NCBI GenBank assembly: GCA_044892525.1
Contig: CM097885.1
Location: 38,504,001 to 38,568,000, forward strand
Reading direction: 5' to 3'
DNA: 64,000 nt
Source: Schmidtea polychroa
Taxonomy: Eukaryota
A model generated the notes under the pieces. The model saw nothing but the letters and a program-made list of their open reading frames with translations, had not been told where the DNA came from and searched no databases. The translations under genes were made by a program, and so were the position numbers. Positions 1-12,200 of the stretch are shown one piece after another. Positions within the stretch are counted from its first letter, which is position 1. Each line of letters starts with the position of its first letter.

Positions 1-245
1 AAATCAAGAAAGCAATAGAAATCAAGAGATATAGAGAAATCAATTAGAAGCGAAGAATCAAGGAAATTAATAAAACCAAATCCAAGAAGAGTTAGAGAAT
101 CGTAAAGATTAAAGCGAGGAAAATACTTAGAAAACATCGAGCTCGATTGACAAAGTAGAAAATTTATCAAAGGATATTAAAAAGAGGAAAAATTGATAGC
201 ATAGCTAACCGAACGAGGCGAAAAAGTAAAGGAAACCTCAGTTTA

Positions 246-3200
246 TTGGAAAAGGAAGAGATACAAAAGGCCAAGACCAACAGAAAACTACACAGGAAGC
301 CAGCATCAGTAGAAACAGTATTTGAATCAGACAGTTTAACAAACGAATTTGAGAACAGCGACGATCTTAAACGAACCGAACTAGATCCGATAAGTGACAT
401 TGAATCATCAGACGAGGAAGGAAATAGTTCAGAGTCAACCAATATAACAATTTTGTGTCAAGAAATAATGACAGACGGAATTCCAAATGTAACAGGGCTA
501 ACGGACCCACCGGAAACAAGTAATGTGCACGTCAACATTGGAGAATTCAGAGAGAAATTTCGAGGAGAGCCATTCGATGGAAATATAAACCAGCTGGAAA
601 CGTTTATAAAGGAATTCGAAGTATACATTACGATATGTCACTGGCCAGACATAGTCGTACGAGAACGAATACCCCTATATCTAAAGGGAAGCGCCCAAGA
701 TGTATACTTGGAGGCGAAATGTGATGCAACTAAGTTGAGAACGTGGAAAGAGATCAAGGAGTTTTTAATAAAAACATTCGGTACCGAAAAAGAGGGAAAT
801 CGAAAAATGTTAGACTTTCTGCATCGAAAGCAGAAATATAACGAATCCAACGCACTGTACGCATGCGAATTGAGACGACTAGCACGAGAAGCCTTCGATT
901 CAAATCAACCAGTTCCGGAAGACAAAATAATAGCCGTATTCGTAGATGGCATGAAACGGGAGGATATACGAGCAACTTTGGGATGCCGAGCACCAGAGAC
1001 GCTGGAAGAAGCACTAAAAATAGCTAACAAATGTGAAACTTACCTAACACCAATACAAGTAGCAGCAATGACAGCAGCCCCAGCAGCTCCAGCAACAACA
1101 GCAACAACCACAAACAACCAAGTCAATAATGCAAATCCAGTAATGAATCAATTCATCCCAGGATCGCAACAGTTGTTCAAAACTCCACAAACAAGAAACC
1201 AAAACAATGGAGGTAATATTCAAAATTTTACTAATAATTTCAGGAACAACGACATCAACAATCGAACGTGCAACATATGCCAACGACCAGGGCATTGGAG
1301 CAATGAATGTTATAAAGCAAGGGTGTGTCAAAAGTGTGGGAGAAGAGGCCACACGGAAAATGTCTGCAGAGGACCCATGATGTCTATGAGCAGAGGAGGA
1401 ACCAGAACCTGCTACAATTGTAATCAGCCTGGACACATGGCAAGAGAATGCACGATGAGAACCAAACCAAATCAACCAGGATCAAACAATCCAGTTCAGA
1501 ACACACAAATCAACCTCATGCAGGAAATCGAACAATTAAAAGATATGATCCTGCGAATACCGACTAATAACCAACAACAACGAATCAACATGATGCAGAG
1601 CACCGAGGAAATCCGGAACCAACCAAGTAAGCAACAACAAGATCAGCAACGAGTCGAATGGCAAAGATTACAAAACGAGGAAGCCAGAGAAATTCAAGAA
1701 AGATGGAAACAACGGGAAGCGAATCCCGGAAGAATAAATATGATGAGATTAACAAATAAAGAGGAATCGCACACTGCGGAGCAGTGTGTTAACAACGACG
1801 GGAGTGAACCGATAATAAACAAGGAGATAAAAACGACAAAAGAAGATGAGATTGATCCACGAACAGAATTGAGCAGTGAAGAGAAAATACAATTGATTAA
1901 AGAATTTACCAAAGAGGAGAAAGAAAGGAGACAAAAGAAAGATGAGAGTAAAGACGAACCAAAAAGCAATGAGATAATTACAAAAAATCGAATTCAGAGG
2001 GTACTACTACAAAAAATCGAAGACAGAATCAAAAACGAAAATCCTACATTAACTGAGGAACAAATAAAAGAAAAAGTGAAAGAGCATTGGTTCAGGAAAA
2101 ATGAGTGGTTTGAAAAGAAGGAACCCCATACCAAAGCTAAAATAAACATGCTGAGACAAATGCGGAGCGATCAGACGGATCAGGAAGATGAGAAAAGTGA
2201 GGTGAGCAGCCTGGGAGGCGAATTATTTCAGTCAAGTGAGGAAAATAACGAACCGAAAACACCTCCAAACAGTGAAACACCTCAAAGTAGTGAGGAGAGT
2301 GAAAATGATGACATGAAATCAATGATAGAAAAAGATGAAGAAGAGATATTCGAGGAAATTCTCGACACAGTAACAGAAATAGAGCGAAATGAGAGCTACA
2401 TCAACGAGTTAACATACAGAAAATGCTTAAAACTTATAACTCAAGTATACCAGTGTGAAGGAGGTATAATAACGGCAGCATGGAAAGATTTAGCAACAAA
2501 ATATAAAGAGAAACTAAAGGAAGCAGGCCCAGATCAATATCAAGTAAGTATTCAACACCCCGAGATTCAGATACAGACTATTGAATTAAAAGGAACAAAT
2601 ACCGATGAACTGTACAACTGGGTACAGGAAAAAATGGGAACGAGCCATAAAAATAAACAATTATATGTCGATGGTTACAAAGTTAAAATGGGCATACATT
2701 TGGTAGATGCGATGATATGGCCAAACGAAACTAACATCTTAACCTTAGAGAAAACCAGAGATGACGACTCGGTAGCAGAAATGTTCAAGAAAATCCAACA
2801 AGTGTTTAACAATGAAGTGGAACCAGAATTGGAAAAGATCGAACGAAAAATAATGAAAGAAAACCAAATAATCTTAGTCAAACAAGCTATCGATCAGACA
2901 AGGAAATACATTAATAGATTGAGAGAAAGATGGCCACAACTAATGAAACAATTTGTTAAAGACGTACGAGACACGGAAATTATGAGATTCGAAGACAAAC
3001 GAGCGACAGAATTGATATCTAAATACGGAGAATACGAGAGAACCAAATGCGAGCATGAAACGATAAAAATAAAGGTGAAGTTGCCAAATGAAGAGAAACA
3101 AATAATAGAAGTTAATCCCGATTGCCAAGTTGACGAGTTAGTGCAAATCATAGATCAAGAGATCATCCAAAAAGCTCGAGAAAATAGTGAGGATGGAATG

Positions 3201-6200
3201 ATCGAAGATGTGATAATAATGTACAACCGGCACATGCTAGAAAGAGGAGACCGAACTGTAATTTACGAACTAGGAATCTGGGAAGATGGAGCCGTCATCA
3301 ATATAATCGCGATGGATGAACCATCTGGTGGGCATAAAAACGCCACGAAAACCGAGCAACAAATTAAAAGATTCCAATGGGGAATGAGGGCAAAGATGGA
3401 TCGAATAATAGATATTTATAACCATTGGCTAAAGGATGATAAACTAAAACTAGCAGCCTTCAATGACGAAGATTGCAAACTGATACCATGGAAAAAAGTG
3501 TGGATCGAAAGCGAAGCTCGATGGGATTGGGAGCAGCAAAAGTTGGAACCAAATTGGATAGATAATATACCCGAAGAGATCGCAGCAGTATGGGTAAGAG
3601 AGAAACCGATCGATACTTACCAGGATATATTACCACAAGAATTCCAAAATGAATTACCATCAGGAGAAGATGAGGAGATACGAGAACCGGTAAGGTTAGC
3701 ACCATTCACGTGGAAAATTGAGAATTGGATGGAAAAGATAAAATCAGCAAAGGAAGAGAAAATCACACGATTAGTAAGTCCACCGTTCTACTCAGGATTA
3801 GGTGAGTACAAGATGAAATTGCGAATATACCCGAACGGAGACGGGATAGGTAAAGGAAGTTATGTGTCGGCATTCTTCGTCATCTGCAAAGGAAATTATG
3901 ACGACAAGGTACCATGGCCGTTTAGCAGAAAAGTGACGATAGCAATCGAACCATTGAAAGATAGCCTTAACAGGCATAAAGAAACATTGAAACCAGATCC
4001 AAGGAGCGCCTGCTATCAACGACCAACAACATCAGAAAATATCGCTTCTGGGACACCTAAATTAATACGTCTAAGTTACATTGAGAATGAGCAGTCAAAA
4101 TTTGTGAAAAACAATGCTATCCAGATCAGAGTAGAAGTCGAAACAGAACAAGAAATGAACCAACGACTGAACATACCAGAAAATCAACCGAGAATCTGTA
4201 TGATGAGGAGAAGAGTGTCTGATTCAGGACATCTACCAATAGACGCAGATGCAGATGAGGAGGAAGCAGCAACATTGTTGGAAGCACAAAAATGTAAGGA
4301 GTTGATGGAGATATTACAAAACGGGGCGAAAAATCGTCGACGAGCGGTGGTAGAACTAGCAAAATGGATAGCCGAATCATGCAAAAGGATTCAAAATCTA
4401 CGAAAGATCGTTAAAGCGATTGAAGAATATCGACGGGTATACGTATGGTACCCTGAACAATTTGGTGAAATCATCCGGAAATGGAAACAACAAGAGTGGG
4501 CCGAAAACTCACCTGAGAAATATCAATTAAAAATATTCATGCCAGATTTTGAACCAATGGAAAAGGAATTCTATACGACAGCTAAAGTCAGAGAAGTTAA
4601 AAAGAGAATACCTTATGAACTCCCATTCCACTTACAACACGAGGGACGATCATTAGACGACGATATTGAGATCGGTGTGACACCACTCCAAGGAGAAATT
4701 GTGAACAGATTAACGGTGAGTAAAATTGCAGGTAGAGAGCTAAGGAGAAGAGAGATAAAGCAAAAATCATCCACCCAACAGCCAGGAAGTTTGGACACAC
4801 CAGAAGTTCCAAATGCGGTTAGTGAAGTGACGATCGAAACAACGGGAGAAGACGAAATACTGGATGAATTACAAGAGATAGTAGAAGCCGGCGAGATTAT
4901 GAGAGCATCGCAATCAGGAGATCTATTTATCGACGAAGGTGAACCGACAACTGATGATTTAGATGGATTTGTATGCGCGCAGAGACAACCAGTGGAAACG
5001 ACGGAAGCCGAGACGGATTTAGATAACGTGGAAAGAGGTGCCAATAAAGATGTAACCACAACCGATGAATGGAGCAACTGGAGAGTAGATCCAGGAGCGA
5101 CCACGTCAAAAGATACAACTTACAATCCGCCAAAACGGAAAGAAACCGGAACAGTTATGGATCGACGAACAAGAGGAAGACCAAAAACAGATAAAGCAGA
5201 GATCGAACCAAAATCCAAAGTTCAGGCGCAAATGGAACAGGTAAAAACTAAAATGGATAAACTAAGTGCATTAGTAAAACAAGTTAAAGTGAAGACAAGC
5301 GTCCGAGAACAAGGGACACGATGGATAAATGACCTATTAGCCAACATGTTAGCATTAGCAAATCCAGATGTGAAAAGAGTAATGAGGAAGGATAATATCC
5401 CAACCGAAGCTAAACAATTATGGGCGGTATTGAAACCGATAATAATGAAAATCACGGATAATAAAATTCGATTAACGTTAAAGGATCCCGTGGAACTCAG
5501 ATTAATTGTGGAACATCTGTTAACTAGATCAGAAGACCAAAATCGATATTTAGTGGGATTAGCGTATTTGGTGTATAACGTCATTGGTAAATATAAAAAA
5601 CGAATGCCAAAATATAACGCAACTGGTTATGAATTCACAGTAACAGAAATAATCAAACGATCAATAGAACCATATATACTTGAACAAGGGGGATGGAGAA
5701 ACTTCATCGAATCAACTGGGAAGAAAGATCAAACGGAAATGATGCAAGCAAAGTTACGCGATTTGCTAACGGAATTCGAAGGAACAATCAATATGAACGA
5801 CCCAAGAGCAAGCCGAAAGGGAATGAATGCCATAATAACCACGATATTGATATGGATGATGTGTATCAAAGGAACGGAGTCATTTGCAGTATACGACTGC
5901 GACAACATAAAAATCCATGAGAAATATTCATTAAAGGATACGGAAGACTGTAAAGCGGCAAACCCAAGAAAATTACAAACAGTCATGGCATCAGTCTCGT
6001 ATAACGTATATCAAGAAGCAGATTTCATCAAAACCATGGTCCAAGAATGTACGGTAACCAGAAAGATATTTGCACATCACTGCGGTTCATCCTCTCACTC
6101 AACAATCATAGAACCGGGATTGGAATCGACAGTAATATTACTATCAAGAGAGGAATGCGAGGAAGGATTCCGATCGGGGAGAATCCACTTAAGGCAAGGG

Positions 6201-9200
6201 ATTGAAATTGCTGCAGAACCAGGAAAAATAAAAACGACTCGTGTGTATACGGCAGGCAGAATCACTAAAGGAGACGGAACATGTGAGACAGGAACGTACA
6301 CCTTGAACGGACAACTGGTTAGTGGAGTGGTCGTGATAGAAAGTTACGAAGCTAAATTGGAAAAGTATCAAGGCTACTTTGACCCTGACACGCAAGCAAT
6401 GAAGAAATACCCAAGCTGTCTCGCATCAGATCGATCATGTTCAACCGGAATGTCAACCCTGGTATACCACGCAGATCAGAAAGTATGTCGACTAATGTTA
6501 CTCAAGACAGCAATATTCGAAGAAATCCAAGGGAAAGTGTACAGTGAACCAAAAGGAGAAGCAGAGAGACGAGCGATGGAAGAATTGAGAGCAAGGAAAG
6601 GATTCAGGGAAGACGTAATAACATCGAAATTGGAATCGGAAGTAACACCCACAGCGATAATCTCCAAAGACGATGGAATAGGAATGAGGTTCATAAAGAA
6701 CAAAATGGTGAGTAAATGCGATGAGATGGTGATCAGCACCAATTATAAAGGGATCTACTTGTCGCGGAGAACCCTAGCAAATGCAGTCGGAAGACTAAGC
6801 GAAAAGGATGTTAAATTATATTTATACGCTAATAATAAGATGGATTTCTTATATCACAGAGGATTAACATCCACGGAAAAAGTCTACCATGATCTGTTAA
6901 GAAACGATTGCCTGCTCAACAAAGAAATATTGAGAACAAAACTAGCAATGGCGATTACAAATCCAGATAACGCAATTCCACTACTACCATTACAGGAAGG
7001 ATATTTCGGACGAATCGTGGGCGAAGTGATGTACACCTACCAATGCAAAAAGATAATGGCAAGATTGCCGGAAAACCCTACAATACCAAGGGATAAGTGT
7101 GCAAACGAACTCGAAATTATTCACGAAGGTAAACCCAGGTTTGTGCAAGCAGTCACTAGGATAATGAACCCGGTAGGGTTTCAGCCAAATCTGTTTAATT
7201 GCAGTAATGCATATGGACCAATGTATGAAAAAGAAGATGGACAATGGGTTCAATTTCCAAGTAAAACAATCGTAGTGACACCCAAGAAATTTGGATTGAC
7301 GGAACTAACAACAGAATTAGAGTTCAAGCCGATAGACGTATCACAGAGTGGATTATATACACCAAAAGATCTTGAATCAGCAAGGGCCCACATGTTATTC
7401 CCAGCACACAGACAAGCGATCCTATCAAATATAGTGACTATTTCTGGAGGAAATAATTATGGGGAGAGCCCAAATTACGAGCTATTATTATCACCAAGTC
7501 ACTATCAACAAGCAACAGCAAACATGATGAAGGCTATGTGGGGTCGATTTTTGGTATTTGGCCAAATGATGGCAGGAATACTCGGAATTATTCTGATAAT
7601 ACAAATAGTCAGAGTAATACTAACCCAGATGCTAGCATGTTTTGACATCTATAAGCGCGAGAGAAAAGTAAATTGGAAACTTGCAATTGGATTCTTACCG
7701 TTCTTAGCAAAAACAATGGTGTTGCATGGACACTCAAAGGATATTCATCGAATAAAAAGATTGTTGAAAATACTAACGCAAATGAAAGGGACAGACGAAG
7801 AAGTCGGGCGTAAGTTCAAAGTGATAATGAGATTAGAAGCAGAAAGAACTCAGGAGAAAGCAAAAAGAACCGGGAAGTGGAAAAAGTGGATGAACCTCAG
7901 ACGAGACGATGATAGTGATAACGACAATGATGATTTCAACGACGATGATAATAACCAAGGAGGAGCAATGTGGATAAATAAAAATACAGCCACTTGGGAA
8001 AACGAAAAAATGAAACCATGGGGATCACCGTATTCACAGACCCCATATTTACAAGCACCAACTAATGGACCAATACGACGACCAGGAACAATGAGAGAAC
8101 GGATAAGAATGGGAACCGGAAGATTACCCATACCGAACATTTATCCAACAGCTTATGAACCAAATTGGGCAGCAATGGATCCAACGATGATCAAACAGGC
8201 TAAAAGTGTAGAACAAGAAGTGGAGACACGAACGATTGCGGTATTGCAGACACCAGCCGGACCATCATTAACCATCACGGTCGAAGTAAACGGAATAGAA
8301 ATGGATGCAATGATCGATACCGGAGCAAATATTTCGGCAATAAATATGAATATGCTACCAGGCAGACTATGGCCATGCATTGAAGAGACAACCATGGATG
8401 TAATAACATGCAGCAAACAATCCATAGCGGTGGTAGGAAGAGTATGGTCAACGATTGAATATAAAGGGGTTAAAGTTACAACGTACCTCGCAGTCATTAG
8501 ACAGCTAAGCGTATCATGTATAATTGGAACAGATGTAATGCCGGAATTATTGAAAGAAATTGTGATTGATTTGAGTTCCATGAAATTAAAAGATAAAACT
8601 GGACAGATATGCACAATGAGAACAGAAGTGAGATGCTCCGAAAAAATGATAATACCAGCACGTACCCAGACAATATGTTATGTCAAGGTCGATAACGAAG
8701 CCAAAGGAGATATGATATTTGAACCAAGTCAAAAATTCGAGAAGAGAAGGGAGCTGCCATTGGCAAGAGAAATTGTCAGTATAAATGAGGATAACGAGAT
8801 ACCCATCAATATCACCAATTTTGATGAGGAAGATAAAGTAATCTACGAAAACGAGAGACTTGGAAAACTCACACCAATGATGAACATTGAGCTACCGGAG
8901 ATAAAAAGCGAGGGAGCAGACGAAAAAGAATTATGGACCATCGATAGCGAACTCCTAAATAAAGACGAAAAGGAACAACTCAGACAACTACTGATTGAGT
9001 TTAAAGATATTTTTGCGGCTTCAGATTTGGATTTGGGTACTAGCGATGTAACTCAACACATTATACCATTAACAGATGAGACACCCATAACGTTAAGACC
9101 ATATCGATTGGCTGAAGCACAAAAAACGGTAGCAGAGGAAGAAGTACAAAAGATGTTAGATGCTGGGGTAATAGAACCTAGTTGCTCACCATGGCAATTC

Positions 9201-12200
9201 CCAGTGGTAATGGTCAAAAAGAAAGATGGCACACAGAGATTTTGTATTGACTATCGGAGGTTGAACGCAGTAACAAAAAGAGATACATATCCACTGCCAG
9301 ACATAAACGAAATGTTACAGATGTTGCATGGAGCAGCATACTTTACATCTTTAGATCTAAAGAGTGGATACTGGCAAATTAAAGTTAAAGAGGAAGATAG
9401 AGAAAAGACAGCCTTTACCATCGGAAAAGATTTATATCAGTTTAAAAAGATGCCATTTGGATTAACAAACGCACCTGCTTCGTTTCAGAGATGTATGAAC
9501 TTTGTGACACACGGGATCAAACAATGTATGGTGTATATCGATGATCTGTTAATTTATTCAGGTACTTTCGAGCAACACTTAATCGACATCAGAAACGTAT
9601 TCATAAGACTGAAACAATGGAAGCTGAAATTGAAACCGTCAAAATGCGATTGGGCAAAGGAGAGAGTCACATTTTTAGGACACATTGTGTCGGCAAAAGG
9701 AAAAGAACCAGATCCGAGAAACGTTGAGAAAATAAAGAATTGTCCGATACCAAAAACCGTGACTCAGGTACAAGAATTTCTGGGATTATGCGGATACTAC
9801 CGCAAGTTTATCAAAAATTATGCAACTATCGCAAAACCAATTCAAGAACTAACAAAAAAAGATACTCCATTTCTGTGGGAAAGGGAACAGCAAATAGCTT
9901 TCGAATCGCTAAGAGATAAACTAATAGCCTCGCCTATCTTAATCCACCCGGATTTCAAAAAGCCTTTTTTATTAGCAACTGATGCAAGTGGATACGCATC
10001 AGGAGCTGTGCTAGGACAATGGGATGAGGAGAAAAGAGAAAGAGTCATCGGATATTATAGCAAGACGTTCAAAAAACACGAGAAGAATTACTCGGTCACA
10101 GAAAGAGAAGCCTTAGCAATAATTCAGGCGATAAAACATTTCAAATATTTATTATGGGGACACGAGATAATTATTACTACGGACCATCAACCTCTAGTTT
10201 GGTTGGGCCAACATAAAGAGGCATCTAGTCGATTGATGAGATGGGCAATGCAGTTACAAGAATATTCCCCATACATCAAATTCAAGTCAGGAAAAGCAAA
10301 CGCAAATGCAGACTGCATGTCGAGATTTGTATTTGAGGAACTCATGGATCATGACGTCAGACGAATATGCCTGATAATCGCGGAAGATATCGATTTTACC
10401 AATCTAAAGAACGAACAAAAGGAAGACAATGAATTAAAACTAATAATTGAGTTCCTGGAAAAAAACGATATGAAAATATTCAACAACGATGATCGACTAA
10501 AAGAACACATGGAGAAAAATCGTCACAGATATACGATCGAGAAAGGATGGCTATTGGTAATGGATGGCGACAAACGATTGATGTGTCTACCAGAAGGTAG
10601 ACGGAAAGAAATTATGATTCAATACCACGATGGTAAATTGGGCGGACATATGTCAGCCAAGAAAACAGAAGCAAGGCTCAAACAGAAATATTACTGGCCA
10701 AATATGAGCGATGACGTGAAAGAATGGATAAAGAACTGCCTGATATGCGCAACCAGAAAAACAACGGGCAGTAAACTAAAGCCACCATTGAAACCAATGC
10801 CGATACCGCCAGAACCGATGACAATGATTGCAATGGATGTAGTTGGACCACTACCAGAGATTAACAGTGGAAATGTGTATATATTGGTAATAACTGATTA
10901 TCTGACTAAGTTCCCTGAAGCATTTGCGATGCCAGACCAGAAAGCACGAACAGTTGCAAGGATATTAGTGGAAGAGATCTGCTGCAGATATGGAACACCA
11001 AAACAAATCTTAACTGACCAAGGAACTAATTTCATGAGCGAGATAATAAATGAAGTGACAAATTATTTTAGAATTGCCAAATTGAGAACCTCACCATACC
11101 ACCCGCAAACGAATGGTCAGACAGAAAGATTTAACGGCATACTAATAGACATGATGTCCAATTACGTGAGTAAACATCAAAAGGACTGGGATGAATATAT
11201 TAAGTTGTGTCTAATGGCTTATCGAATGTCAATACACTCAGCAACGAAAATGAGTCCGTTTAAACTCATGTATGGAAGGGAATGCAACATGCCGATGGAT
11301 CTCGAATACCAACCGCCAATCTCACAATATATGGAGATAGATGATTATGTGACAAAGTTCAAGGAGAGAATGCAAGAAATATGGAAAACCGCAGGGATGA
11401 ACATCCGATTCAACCAAGAGAGTTATAAGGAATTACATGATAAAAAGAAGAACGTGCAAAACCATCAATTTAAAATCGGAGATTGGGTTATTATAGAAAC
11501 ACCCGAATTAATCCCAGGAACAGCAAAGAAATTACAACGTAATGGCAGAGGGCCATACGAAATCATCTATGTAAACGAGAACAACGCTAGAGTGAAGTTG
11601 GTTAACAATCCACTAATTAGACCCATTTATGTGAATACATGTCGATGCAAAGCAGTAGCGAAAACTGCCACTAAAGACCCAGAAACAAGAAGGATAATCA
11701 CGAGATCACAAACAAATGCCACAACGGAACCAGAAGTAAGCGGTAGATTAACTAGATCACAGACAAGACGAATATTCATGTTGAGAGGAGAAACAAGCAG
11801 CAGCGCCCATAAAGGAACTGAAGCAGAAAGCGAAGCTGACGCAATGGCAAGGAGCCAAGCAACATGGAATATGACAGTAAAAATAGCACGAGAAATTGTA
11901 CCAGAATGGGCCGATATAACCAATAAATACCAAGTATTGGGCAAACTAATGTTAGTAGCAGAAAGATATGCGAAAGGACGAAGATATGCCGAAGGATTAC
12001 AAATACCGACTCAAATATATGAACTAATCCGGAGATTACCAATCATGTTCCTAACAAGTGATTTGAGTAATAACTGGCCAATCCATCATGCAGTGAAAGC
12101 AGGACAAGAAAAACGAGCTTTAGAGATTATACGAATAATGGAAAACTGCAAACAATCAACAAACGTCAAAAACAGTAAAGGAAAAACTCCACTGATGAAA

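Noticed and set aside
8622..8880. dUTPase-like beta-rich spacer between PR and RT
   Set aside because: No dUTPase catalytic motifs; similar spacers are common in Ty3/gypsy Pol.
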